Part shown: one piece after another, positions 12,300 to 24,180 of the stretch
Position numbering within the stretch: the stretch's first letter is position 1
How the letters are laid out: each line of letters begins with the position of its first letter
Assembly (NCBI GenBank): GCA_038087875.1
Contig: CM075996.1
Span: forward strand, 250,001 to 314,000
Direction: 5' to 3'
From: Malacoraja senta
Taxonomy: Eukaryota
DNA length: 64,000 nt
Notes under the pieces: generated by a model
Database searches by the model: none
Told to the model about the DNA's origin: nothing
What the model saw: only the letters and a program-made list of their open reading frames with translations
Made by a program: the position numbers and the translations under genes

Positions 12300-12687
12300 G
12301 AAATGCTTCCAATTCCCATGTGCCTCATCCACCACAAGTCCATCTTGGATGTTTACTACCTCCTCCTGTTTCCTCTGTTTGAAAGCCTGCCCCTGCCACC
12401 ATCTCCCCTGTGCTCTTTCCAGCATCATCGGCCATTAATGAGGGCAGCCTAGGTCTTCTCATTTCATTCCATCCTCCGCTGCAGCCCAGTTGGTGTGTTG
12501 GCCGACAAGCTGTCTGACCAGTTAGTTCCAGCATTGCCATCATATCTGCAGCTGCGGAATAAATCAGTGCCAACAGGAGTCCAGCCCAACGCTGTATCTA
12601 TTTGTGATGTCTGAGGTCTCGCCAGGAAACTGATGGGAACTCTCATTCTCCATTTGCTGTGTGTAGGCTGGTGGTCCATGGACTGTC

Positions 12688-13308
12688 ATATACCATCCAT
12701 GGCGATCAATATACACTGATGTACTCAAGACCACCCATGACTTACTTAGACTTAGTTCCTCCCACACTGTTGAGTGCATTGGGCAGCAAGCTTTCGCCAT
12801 TCTGTTCGGTCATGTGCGACGTCTTCCACCCTCGATGGGCTTGCGTCCCGGGCTTCCAGATCCTTCTGGAATGTTCGCCTCCATGTGAGTTTTGGTCGGC
12901 CTCTTTTCCTTCTTCCGTCAGGTTTCCATGTCAGACCACTCATGGCGATCAATATAAACCAAGATACCGCCCATTGCAATCAATATATACCGAGATCACC
13001 AATTGTGATCAATATTTACCAAGATACCACCAATTGCAATCAATAAATTGATATACCACCTATTATGATTAATATTCACTAATATACCACGCATGGTGAC
13101 CAATATACATGAATACCACCCATGGTGATCAAGATACACCAATAATCCACCCATAGTGATCAATATTCACTGATATACCTCCTATTGTGATCAATATACA
13201 CCAATGCACAACCATTGTAATCAATATATACTGATATGCCACATAGTGATCAATATTCACCAATATACCACCCATTGTGATCAATACACACCAGTATACC
13301 ACCTAGTG
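12688..13308 (-). repeat. 31-bp minisatellite, block 3, inverted and interrupted by the RTE fragment
   Basis: About 13 diverged units of the reverse complement, CCCATAGTGATCAATATACACTGATATA. Confidence 0.85.
12741..12945 (-). mobile_element. RTE-clade LINE 3' fragment
   Basis: LTWKPDGRRKRGRPKLTW..AHDRTEW motif and a (TAAG)-type tail. Confidence 0.65.
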
Positions 13309-13384
13309 CAGTCCAATGATCAAAATATGGGAAGGGGTACAGGCTTGACATTTCTGGTCAAAGACCCTTCATTAGAACTGGGCT

Positions 13385-13738
13385 GCCGGCATCATCAAGG
13401 ACCCACACCATCCTGGCCACACACTCATCTCTCCGCTGCAATCAGGTAGAAGGTACAGGAGCCTGAAATCTGCAACATCCAGGTTCAGGAACAGCTACTT
13501 CCCCACAGCCATCAGGCTATTAAACACAACTTTAAACAAACTATGAGCTATAACAGCCTGTTGCACTTTATCTATTTATTTATGTGTGTATACAGTATAT
13601 ATATTCTATGGTATATGGTCACACTGATCTGATCTGTATTTATGCCTAAATATTCTGTTGTGCTTCAGCAAGCAAGAATGTCATTGTCCTACCTGGGACA
13701 CATGACAATAAAACTCTCTTGACTTGTCTTGACTCTTG
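13385..13738 (+). mobile_element. Rex1-type 3' fragment
   Basis: Homologous to the 3' end of the 46221-47852 element, with GACAATAAA and a (CTTGA)n-like tail. Confidence 0.75.
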
Positions 13739-13774
13739 GAAACAAATGAAGCTTAGAATGTTACAGGTGGGGAA

Positions 13775-14446
13775 AGGCCCGTCCCACTTACGTGTCCTTG
13801 GCACGCAAATTACGCGACCTTGTCGTCGCATTGAGGCGCACGGGCATCGTGTGGCCGGTCCCACTGAGAAGCGCGGAGGGGTATGTAGTTGTGCGCGGTA
13901 TCGCACGGGGCTCCGAAATTTTGTAGCGAACAAAATCTTCCCGCACCAACGGCCTATCGCGTAACTGACGGCCAAAGTGGGACAGGCCCCAGACCCTGGC
14001 GCGACGCAACGTCTCTCCTCCAACAGCAGCAGAAGCAGGCAAACGATCGCCGAGCTCGGCCTGGGGCTCACGGCCGTTGCGGATCCGGATCCGCCCCCAC
14101 TTCTACTCCCAGAGCGGGGACAAGAAAATTGAAGATAGACACAAAATGCTGGAGTAACTCAGCGGGACCGGCAGCATCTCTGGAGAGAAGGAATGGGTGA
14201 CGTTTCGGGTCAAGACCCTTCTTTCAGACTGAAGAAGGGTCTCAACCCGAAACATCACCCATTGCTTCTCTCCAGAGGTGCTGCCGGTCCCGCTGAGTTA
14301 CTCCAGCATTTTGTGTCCATCTTCAAATGACGTCACGCGCTCCAGGCGGCTGTGCGGACGCATGAAGTTGCGCGCGACCTTCGCGGGACCGTCGCGCCTC
14401 AACGCGACCACGACACGCCAAGGACACGTAAGTGCGACAGGGGCTG
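13775..14446. mobile_element. PIF/Harbinger-type MITE interrupted by a PLE palindrome
   Basis: GTCCCACTTACGTGTCCTTGGC at the left end and GCCAAGGACACGTAAGTGCGAC at the right end; PLE palindrome at about 14130-14325. Confidence 0.7.
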
Positions 14447-15416
14447 AATGCAGCAACATGTGATAGGGTCAAACAAGGGTGACTACGGAGATAAGTTATG
14501 AAGAAGGTTTTCTGGTCAAAGAGTGAATCGGAGCAGCTAGAGATTGAGAACGTAGACAATAAAATGTTTGTGTTGGGCCAGTGATCAGTATTTACTGATA
14601 TTGCATCCTTTGATCAATACTTCCATGCACACCACCCATTAGTCATTGAGAGATACAGTGTGGAAACAGGCGCTTCAGCCCAACTTGCCCACACCGGCAA
14701 ACATGTCCCAGCTACACTAGTCCCACCTGCCCGCGTTTGGTCCATATCCCTCCAAACCTGTCCTATCCATGTACCTGTCTAACTGTTTCTTAAACGCTGG
14801 GATAGTCCCAGCCTCAACTACCTCCACTGGCAGCTTGTTCCATACACCCGCCACCCTTTGTGTGAAATTGTTACCCCTCAGATTCCTATTAAATCTTTTT
14901 CCCCTTCACCTTAAACCTATGTCCTCTGGTCCTCGATTCCCCTACTCTGGGCAAGGGATTCTGTGCATCTACCCGATCTATTCCTTTCATGATTTTATAC
15001 ACCTCAATAAGATCACCCCTCATCCTCCTGCACTCCAAGGTTTAGCGCCCCAGCCTACTCAACCTCTCCCTACAATTCAGACCCTCTAGTCCTGGCAACA
15101 TCCTTGTAAATCTTCTCTGTGCCCTTTCCATCTTTCCTATAACCACACGGTGCCCAGAACTGAGCCGTCTGAAGAAGGGTCTCGACCCGAAACATCACCC
15201 ATTCCTTCTCTCCAGAGACACTGCCTGTCCCCCTGAGTTACTCCAGCATTTTGTGTCTATCTTCGGTTTAAACCAGCATCTGCAGTTCCTTCCCACACAA
15301 TAAGTGTTCAGCCCATTACTGCCCAGTAACCAGCATTTACTGGATATGCTGCTATTTTCCATGCATTGACTAGAAAGAATAGACTGGAGGAGAGACAGCA
15401 ATTGTGAATTCTGTAC

Positions 15417-15542
15417 CTGTCCAAGGTTGTCAAAGTTGTACTTGTGATGGATCCACTTGTAGTTGGCCAACACACAGTCTGACCTGTTGGTGACATTGCG
15501 AGTGTCCTGGCCCTGGCAGTAGTAAAACTTGCCTTTGAAGAG
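15417..15542 (-). CDS. CACNA1I: T-type Ca2+ channel exon, domain III S5-P extracellular loop
   Basis: 126-bp exon, TTTACAG acceptor, GTACAG donor. Encodes [42 protein letters not shown]. Confidence 0.93.
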
Positions 15543-15719
15543 CTGTAAAGTGTAAAGGACATTGTTAATGGTGTGATTATCGTCATATTATCCCCGAGAT
15601 GAAGATTAAGGAGGAAACCCTGGTCTGATTCACTGACTGGCAAGATGGCGGCTGTGTTATTTTTGTACCTTTACAATCATCCCAGGAAGTGGATTTGGAC
15701 ATGTGTTGGTGGTCGGGCC

Positions 15720-16435
15720 AGTCTGATGAGGGGTTCGTACCCAGAACGTCACCTATCCATGTTCTCCAGAGATCCAAGCGCAGACTGGGTGATTGTTTCG
15801 CTGAACTGTCCGCCTTGGCCTACGCAATCTCCCGGTTGCCAAACAAACTAAACTTCACCTATTCCTTTTCTCCAGAGATGATGTCCGACCCGCTGAGTTA
15901 CTCCAGCTTTTTGTGTTTTTCTTTGGATTAAACCAGCATCTGCAGTTTCTTCCCACATGTTAACTCCCGTTCCCATAGTGACCATTTTGTCCTGGGCCTC
16001 CTCCACTGTCAGAGTGAGGCCCAGCACAAATTGGAGGAACAGCACTTCATATTTCGCTTGGGCAGCTTACACCCCAGCGGTATGAACATTGATTTCTCTA
16101 GTTTCATGTAACCCTTGCATTCCCTCTCTCTCTCTGTCCCTCCCCCACCCTCGGCCTCCTGCTAGTTTCGCTGGCTGTATTCCTTCATTTTCACCTCTTC
16201 CACGGCCAACAATGGACCTTTGTGGGCTCCACCTTTCCTTGGTCATCGGTGCCGGCTCTGATTCGATCTGTACCTTTTCATACCTCTAGTTTCCCTCTCC
16301 CGACTCCCAGTCTGAAGAAGGGTCTCGACCCGAAACGTCACCTATTCCTACTCTCCAGCGATGCTGCCTGACCTGCTGAGCCGGCATTTTGTGTCTATCT
16401 TTGGTGTAAACCAGCATCTGCAGTTGCCTCCTACA
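15720..16435 (+). mobile_element. Penelope-like remnants, nested
   Basis: GIY-YIG-derived pieces (15778-15845, 15960-16100), UTR, and hammerhead cores at 15724 (degenerate) and 16312. Confidence 0.7.
16312..16339 (+). ncRNA. Minimal hammerhead ribozyme core (PLE-type), representative copy
   Basis: CUGAAGA-A-GGGU(CUCG)ACCC-GAAAC-GUC: both conserved boxes, stem II, and palindromic ACGU in place of stem III. Stem I is weak or uncertain. Confidence 0.65.
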
Positions 16436-16487
16436 CATTCTCCAGAGATGCTGCCTGACCTGCCGAGTTACTCCGGCACTTTGTGTC

Positions 16488-17140
16488 TAGAATAGAATAG
16501 AATAGAATAGAATGCCTTTTATTGTCATTCAAACAACTTGGTTTGAACGAAATTGCATTTCTACAGTCTTAACATTACAAAAAAAAACAAGACACACACT
16601 TAACACAATTTACACAAACATCCATCACAGTGAATCTCCAACACCTCCTCACTGTGACGGAAGGCAAAGTCTTATCTCTTCCCTTTATTCTTCACCCGTC
16701 GTCCAGCAGTCCAACTGCAACGCCGAGGCGACTGGGGCTCCCGATGTTAATGCCCCCGGCGGGCGATGGTAAGTCCCACGGCCGTTTAAGCCACACCGGG
16801 CGATGTTAGGCCCCGCTCCGAGTCCTTTAAACCCCGCGATTCCGGCGGAAGAAGTTGCCGTTGCGGGAGCTCCGAAAAGCGGTCTCCTGCCAGGGACCCG
16901 CGAGCTCCCGATGTTCCTGTCCACCGGGCCTGTGGCCGGAGCCTCCGAAGCTCCAAAGTCGGGTCGCAGCCGCGCACCACCACAGCTCTCCCCGCTCCGA
17001 AGTCGGCCAGCTCCGCGATGGCGAGTCCGTAGGCTCCGCGGCTGGAGCCCTCAGGTTGGTTCTGGCCGGAGGCCGCCACCAGCTCCACGATGTCAGGCCC
17101 AACGACACCGGAGACCCGACAGGGAAAAAGTCGGGTCCCC
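16488..17140 (-). mobile_element. GC-rich non-coding retroposon with a Rex1-like tail
   Basis: (CTATT)n tail and GACAATAAA on minus; GC-rich body. Confidence 0.45.
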
Positions 17141-17692
17141 GATATAGTTGGTACCTGCAGTTCTATGTTTCTACGACTTGATTGCCCTGATCAATTCCAT
17201 CTCCCATCTCTTGTGTGGAGAGCAGGGATGGGGGTAATCTTGGACAAGAGTTCCGGGGTGGTGCGAGGGGAACTACAACAGCTCATCTATAGAATGGGAG
17301 ATGTCCCCTCGTACTGGGCAGGAATCCCAAGTTGGGAAGGTGGAATTACAAGTCAATCTCCACCCTCCAGTTATGAAAAGGAAGTGCTCCAAATGTGCAC
17401 CAGACCAGTCAGCATCTGTGGAAGGAGAAGTAAGTGTGACACTCCGAGTCTGTGACATTTTTATCAGTTCGGAACTTTAGTACTGGGCAGTCATTGGGCT
17501 GGATGAGACAGTCAAATAATGTTGATGTGGCCCAAAGCAGTTTGAGACAAGCCTTGGAAAAGATTCGAGAGGTTTGCATCGACATTCCATTATTACTGCT
17601 GTTTAAGAAGGAACTGCAGATGCTGGAAAAATCGAAGGCAGACAAAAATGCTGGAGAAACTCAGCGGGTGAGGCAGCATCTATGGAGCGAAG

Positions 17693-17835
17693 GAATAGGT
17701 GACGTTTCGGGTCGGGACCCTTCTTCAGTCTGAAGAATAGGTGACGTTTCGGGTCGGGACCCTTCTTCAGTCTGAAGAATAGGTGACGTTTCGGGTCGGG
17801 ACCCTTCTTCAGTCTGAAGAATAGGTGACGTTTCG
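17693..17835 (-). repeat. 42-bp tandem array, three complete hammerhead-core units plus a partial one
   Basis: GAATAGGTGACGTTTCGGGTCGGGACCCTTCTTCAGTCTGAA at 17693, 17735 and 17777; partial unit at 17819. Confidence 0.9.
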
Positions 17836-18734
17836 GTTCGAGACGTCACCTATTCCCTCGCTCCATAGATGCTGCCTCACCCGCTGAGTTTCTCCAGCAT
17901 TTTTGTCTACCTTCCATTATTACATCTACAATGGAAATCCCGATGCCTTCTCATAAAAACATAGAAAATAGGTGCAGGGTTCAGGGCCGTCTTAACAGCA
18001 GTATAGGCCCCCGGGCAAAGCAGTGCACTGGGGCCCCGACACTTCCAGTTTCTTTATGCCGAATCAAATATGCCGTCATGCACTTGCGATGTTCTTCTCC
18101 ATTTTCATATTCTGCAATAACATTCTACAATACATAGATTAGCGTGGGGCCCAATGCTCGTGGGGCCCCGGGCAACTGGCAGGATTAGGCCATTCGGAAT
18201 TCAAGCCAGCACCACCATTCAATATGATCATGGCAGATCTCGGCACGCGCCTGTCCCTTTAATGGCCCCAAGTTATACATCTGCTCAGAACGACAGGGTG
18301 GCACAGCCGGTAGAGCCACTGCCTCACGGCACCAGAGACCCCGGTTCGATCCGGACCTCGGGTGCTGTCTGTGCGGAGTTTGCACGTTCTCCCTGTGACC
18401 TCAAGGGGTTTCCTCCGGGTGCTCCGGTTTCCTCCCACGTCCCAAAGGCGTGCGGGTTTGTTGCCTGTTGCGTGTTTGTTTGCCTCTGTGTGTAGGGAGT
18501 GGGTGAGAATGTGGAATATCACAGCACTAGTGTGAACAGGGTGATCGATGGTCGGTGTGGACTCAATGGGCCAAAAGGCATTTCCCATGCCTAGCACTAG
18601 AATTAGAAAAAAAACTACGAACTCAGCGAGAAAAGGAAGTAAAAAGGGCTGGAGTGTTTCAGCAGGACAGGCAGCAGAACACGGATAGGTGACGTTTCGG
18701 GTCGAGAACCTTCTTCGGAACGGAAAACTCAGTG

Positions 18735-19255
18735 AGCCTTTCCAAAGACGTTGTCAGGCTGGAAAGGGTGCAGAGAAGATGTTGTTGATGAGGATGTCGC
18801 CAGGACTTGAAGAGTTGCGCTATTATAGAGAGAGGTTGAGCAGGCAGGACTGTAATCCTTGGAGCGCAGTAGGATGAGGAATGAAGTTATAGAGATGGGC
18901 AAAATCATGAGAGGAATAGATCGGGTAGACACACAGAGGCTCTTGCCCAGAGTTGGGGTATCAAGAACCAGGGGACATAGGCTTAAAGTGAGGGGGGGGT
19001 GGAGATTTAATAGGAACCTGAGGGGTAACTTTCTCACACAAAGAATGGTAGTGTATGTAACAAGAAATGTCGGAGGAGGTAGTCGGGGCAGGAACTATTG
19101 CAACGTTTAAGAAACATTAAGGCAGGTAAATGGATGGGACAGGTTTAGAGGGATATGGGCCAAATGCAGGCAGGTGGGACGAGTGTAGATGGGGCATGTT
19201 GGTCGTTGTGGGCAAGTTGGGCTGAAGGGCCTGTTTCCACACTGTATCACTCTTT
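18735..19255 (+). mobile_element. CR1-clade LINE 3' fragment (subfamily sharing its tail with the V-SINE)
   Basis: MRGIDRVD..TRGHRLKVRG..RGNFLTQR; ends GGGCTGAAGGGCCTGTTTCCACACTGTATC like the SINE tail. Confidence 0.75.
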
Positions 19256-19359
19256 GACCCGCTGAGTTACTCCAGCACTTTGCGTCTATCTTTTGCAGAG
19301 TATAGAGGTTTGGACGTCTATATATTACAGTTGAATGTGTTTGCATTTGGAGTATATAC

Positions 19360-19564
19360 TGGACGTAGGCAGGAACTGCAGATGCTGGTTTACACCGAAG
19401 ATAGACACAGAATGCTGAAGTAACTCAGCGGGACAGGCAGCACCTCTGGTGAGAAGGAATGGGTGACGTTTCGGTTCGAGTCTGAAGAAGGGTCTCGAGC
19501 CGAAAAACATCACCCACTCCTTCTATCCTGTCCCGCTGAGTTACTCCAGCGTTTTGTGTCTGTC
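19360..19564. mobile_element. Palindromic PLE-end insertion with 14-bp TSD
   Basis: TTTGGAGTATATAC at 19346-19359 and 19565-19578. Confidence 0.8.
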
Positions 19565-20407
19565 TTTGGAGTATATACATTTGTGTCTACCTTCAGAATA
19601 ATCCTTTTCCTCCCTCTTTAGGGTTGGTTAACTCTCCAGTAGGCCTCTGGGCATTTAAGATTAACCGCGAGCCACAGAGGACTCATCATTAATGTCAGCT
19701 CGACGGCAGGAGACTATTCACTTGAGCTGCCTCACGTGTGCGGTGACAGGGCTGAAGAGATTGCACAGCCCACTTCCTGTCTGCCTGATGCACACTGCAG
19801 CCCATCAGTGTCGACAGACGGCAGCTCTTCTGTGCTTTAGGGAGTCGGTAATTAAAACAATTACTTACTAATTCGTGAAGATCTTGAAAAGGGCATGGTG
19901 GATGTGACAACAGTGAGTCTGATTCAGGTCTAGCGAGGCATACAAGAGAAACACTATAGTTCCTGTTTCTGCAATGGCCTAATTGGATTATGTTTAGAAC
20001 CTCGCAAACGTCAGCACTGGCAGGCCCACATGTGAAGCTCAGTTCAGTTTAGTTTATTGTCACGTGCACCGAGGTACAGTGGAAAGCTTTTGCCGCGCGC
20101 TAACCTGTCAGCGGAAAGACAATACATGATTACAATCGAGCCATTGACAGTGTAGAGATACATGATGAGGGAATAACATTTAGTGCAAGGTAAAGCCGTT
20201 CAAAGATGGTCCGAGGGTCACCAATGAGGTAAGATGGTGGTTCTGGACGGCTCTCTGGTTGTGGCAGGATGTGGCAGTTGTGTGTAGTACAGTATGTTTA
20301 GAGCCATAGAGCATACAGTGTGGAAACAGGCCCTTCGGCCCAGCTTGCCCATGACAACCAAGGTGCCCCATCTACACTAGACCCACCTGCCCCATATCCC
20401 TCTAAAC

Positions 20408-20628
20408 CAAGGGTTCCCAACCCGGGGTAAATTGACCCCCAGGGGGGTAAATGTTGCCTACCCAGGGGGTAAATTTGTTGATTGTGGATTTGTCCGTATT
20501 TTTTCTCATTGACTGACTGTGTTTGGTTCCGGTTCATCATTAGTCGTTCATAAATAAGCTAAATAACATCGTTACGTGCTATTAAAGTTGCCAGGGGTAA
20601 ATGGGACGAAAAAGGTTGGGAACCCCTG
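20408..20628. mobile_element. hAT-Charlie-like MITE
   Basis: TIR CA(A/G)GGGTTCCCAACC, perfect 8-bp TSD CTCTAAAC. Confidence 0.88.
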
Positions 20629-20811
20629 CTCTAAACCTTTCCTATCCAGTCTGAAGAAGGGTTCCAATACCAAAAACGTTACCTAATCCTTTTCCCCAGA
20701 GAAGCTGCCTGAGCCGCTGAGTTACTCCAGCATTGTGTGTTTATCTCTCTAACCATGGGTTTCCGTAGGTTCCTCTCCATTTGTTTTCCCTTTCTCAAGG
20801 AAGGATGCTAA

Positions 20812-21122
20812 AGGGCCTGTCCCACTTTCCCGAGTTACTCACGAATTCTCCCGAGTTTTCCCCTTGATTCAAACTCTGAGAATGTCCGTAGCGAGTCCAT
20901 AGGAGGCCGTAAGGAGTCCGTAGGAGTCCGTAGATATAGCGTAGCGGCTCGTTATGCCAGCCGTAGGTACTCGGGGCATCAGGTAAGTCGGGACGTTTTT
21001 TCCAGCATGTCAAAAAAGTCCACGAGTTAAAAGAGGAGGAGTTCGTAGATCACAAAAATCTTGATTTTATTTTTAAGGTCCTTTCAACTCGGCAGAGAAC
21101 TCGGGAAAGTGGGACAGGCCCT
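20812..21122. mobile_element. PIF/Harbinger-type MITE
   Basis: TIR AGGGCCTGTCCCACTTTCCCGAGTT, TSD TAA. Confidence 0.88.
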
Positions 21123-21599
21123 TAAGGCACTGGAACCTGTTCAGAGAAGGTTCCACAGACCAATATCCGGAATGAGATGATGGTCTTATGAGGAAAGACT
21201 GGACCAAGCCACTCGCTAAGAAGAGCGATAGGGGCTAGATTGAAATATATGAGATCCTAAAGTGGTCTGACAAGGTTGTGTGAAGAGATAGAAACAAGGA
21301 ACTGAAGATGCTGGTTTACGAGAAAAGATACAAAATGCTGGAGTAAAGGCCAGTTTCTTCCCAACTGACCTCCCATCTACCTCATTGGAGACCCTTGGAC
21401 TATCTGTAATCGGACTTTACTGTCACTAAAGATTATTCCCTTCATCCTGTTTCTGTACACTGTGGACGGGTCGATTGTAATCATGAATAGTCTTTTCGCT
21501 GTCTGGATAGCACGCAACATAAAGCTTTACAGTGTACCTCGGTACACGTGACAATAATAGACTATAACTCAGTGGCTCAGGTAGCATCGATGAAGATCA

Positions 21600-21902
21600 A
21601 AGTGAGCACCACCGGAAATTGGAGGAGCAGCACCACATATTTCGCTTGGGCAGTCTGCACCCTAGCGGCATAAACATTGAATTCTCCAATTTCTGGTAGC
21701 CCTTATTGTCTCCTCCCCTTCTCAGCTCTCCCTCAGCCCTCTGGCTCCTCCTCTTCCTTTCTTCTTCCCGCCCCCCCCCCCCCCCCCCCCCAACCCTACA
21801 TCAGTCTGAAGAAGGGTTTCGGCCCGAAACGTTGCCTATTTCCATCGCTCCATAGATGCTGCCGCAAACGCTGTGTTTCTCCAGCACTTTTGTCTACCTT
21901 CG
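21600..21902 (+). mobile_element. Penelope-like 3' fragment
   Basis: Same end-of-GIY-YIG sequence and UTR as 25015-25315; hammerhead core at 21806. Confidence 0.75.
21806..21833 (+). ncRNA. Minimal hammerhead ribozyme core, second subfamily
   Basis: CUGAAGA-A-GGGU(UUCG)GCCC-GAAAC-GUU; stem II is kept, with a U-G pair and a UUCG loop. Confidence 0.6.
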
Positions 21903-22964
21903 AGGGAGACAATTGTTGCTTCACCACGAGAATTTAGGAGTCACTGTTTAAGTGGTCACCATTATAAGACGCAGATGAAGTGAAATATTTTCTCTCAGGG
22001 TTGTGAGAGTTTGGAACACTTTCCGCAGCAGACCAGGGCAAACAAATAAAACGCTGAATAAATTTTAGGAGTAATTAAATAAGAAGAGTAAGCTAGTGAG
22101 AATTGTAAAATCTGTTCGAACTTCTCCAGAGCATGAGTAACTAAGGCAAAGTTTGTCTCCGGCTGGATGAACCTATGGAAGTAGTTTAGTTTAGAGAAGC
22201 AGCATGGAAACAGGCCCTTCAGCCCACCGAGTTCATGCTATCCATTATCCGTTCACACTAGTCCTATGTTATCCCAATGTTTTCCATTCACTCTCTACAT
22301 AGCTGGGGGCAGTTTTTACCGAGACCAATTAACTTACAAACCTATTTGTCTTTGGGATGTGGGAGGAAACCGGAGCACCCAGAGGAAACCCACGCACTCA
22401 CAGGGAGACCGTCTCAAACTGGCCTGGCATGTTTGTAGAACGCGTGTGAACGGGTGGACAAGAGTGCTGGAGAAACTCAGCGGGTGCAGCAGCATCTATG
22501 GAGCGAAGGAAATAGGCAACGTTTCGGGCCGAAACCCTTCTTCAGCGTGTGAATGGGTGATCGCTGGTCGGCGCGGACTCAGTGGGCCAGAGGTTCTGCT
22601 TCCACGCTGTATCTCTAACGTCGGAAAAAAAATTTCTAACTTTAAACTCAGAGGTTTCAAGTGGCCATGGTGAGATTTGGACGGATTGAGATTGCGAAGG
22701 AGGTGGTGTTGAGGCTCTTGAAGGAGATTACAGTTCAACGCTAGAGGGCATAGCTACAAGATGAGAGGAGAAAAGTTAATGGAGACGTTTTTTACGCGGA
22801 GTCCGTTGGGGACATGGAACTAATTGCCAGGGGTGGTGGTGGAGGCAGATACGATAGTGGTGTTTTAAGAGGCTTTTAGACAGGCAAATGGAAGCACAGG
22901 GGAAAGGGGGAAATGGATCATATACAGACTGATGAGATCAGTTCAGATTTGAATTTAGGCCTCA

Positions 22965-23277
22965 GGGCCGCACGGTGGCGCAGCAGTAGAGTTGTTGCCT
23001 CACAGCGCCAGAGACCCGGGTTCAATTCTGCCTGTGGGTGCTTTTCTGCATGGAGTTTGTACCTTCTCCCCGTGACCTGCGTGGGTTTTCTCCGGGATCT
23101 CGGTTTTCCTCCCACACTCCAATGACGTGCAGGTTTGTAGGTTAATTGGCTTTGGTATAATTGTAAATTGTCCCTGGCGTGTGTAGGATAGTGTTAGTGT
23201 GCGGGGATCGCTGGTCGGCGCGGACCCGGCGGGCCGAAGGGCCTGTTTCCGCGCTGTATCTCTAAACTAAACTAAAC
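22965..23277 (+). mobile_element. tRNA-derived V-SINE (HE1-like), representative full copy
   Basis: A box TGGCGCAGCAG, B box GGTTCAATTC, V-core GGTTTCCTCCCAC, CR1-like tail and (CTAAA)n. About 20-25 related copies in the window. Confidence 0.8.
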
Positions 23278-23357
23278 CATAGAGAGACACAAAATGCCGG
23301 AGTAACTCAGCGGGACAGGCACCATCTCTGGAGTGAAGGAATGGGTGACGTTTCGAG

Positions 23358-24180
23358 TCAAAGGACAAAGGACAAAGGACATTTATGGTCACATACACCA
23401 AATGGTGTAGTGAAATTTGTCTTGCCATGCAGCACAAATAGACACAACATTAAAGAAATTTAACATAAAACATAAAAACATCCCCCCACAATGGTTCCCA
23501 CTGTGGGGGAAGGCACAAAGTCCAGTCCCCATCCCATGTCCACCCATAGTCGGGCCTATTTAGGCCTCCACAGTCACCTTCACGGAGGCCCAATGTTCCA
23601 GGCCGTTCTCGCCGGGTGATGGTGCTCCGGCGTCGGGAGAATCCTCTCAGCAGCTTGGGACACCTGGAACGGCCACCTCCTTACTCGGGACCGTGGCTTC
23701 CGAAGCCAACAGGCCGCGCTGAATGGAGCTCCAACACTGACGATCTCGGCGAGAGATCCCAGGCTCCCGTTGTTAAAGTTCAGCGCCGCCGCCCGCAGCT
23801 CCACGATGTTTCACCTGCGGGCTCAGTTCACCGGAGTTCCAGCGCGGCGACCCGGGCAAGGCATCGCCCGCTCCGCGATAGCGCTCCAGCGCTGTGCCAC
23901 CGCCGAAGCCGAGGTCCTGGCCGGTCCCCTCAGGAAACGCCGCTCCAGGCCCGCTGGTAGGCCGCAAGGACGGGTCGAAGGTGCAGCCCGGAGAAAAGCT
24001 GCCTCTCCGACCAGATAGGGACCCTAGAAAGTAGTTTCCCCCTTCCCCCCCCCCACCCCCCCACATAAAAAAGACTAGAACTCCTAAAAAACAAAACAAC
24101 TAACTAACTAAAAATAAAAAAAAGATGAAAACGGACAGCTGCAGGCTGGGCAGCCATACCACACAGGACAGCGCCCCCTA
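23358..24180 (-). mobile_element. GC-rich non-coding retroposon with a Rex1-like tail
   Basis: (GTCCTTT)n tail and a GACCATAAA motif on minus, like Rex1 3' ends; GC-rich body with no recognisable protein; inserted in a PLE end. Confidence 0.45.

Noticed and set aside
19933..20005. Possible structured RNA (GCGAGG/CCTCGC and AGAAACA/TGTTTCT stems)
   Set aside because: Short stems, no family motif recognised and no covariation evidence.
22965..23040. tRNA genes at SINE heads
   Set aside because: A and B boxes are present but continue into the V-SINE core with no complete cloverleaf.
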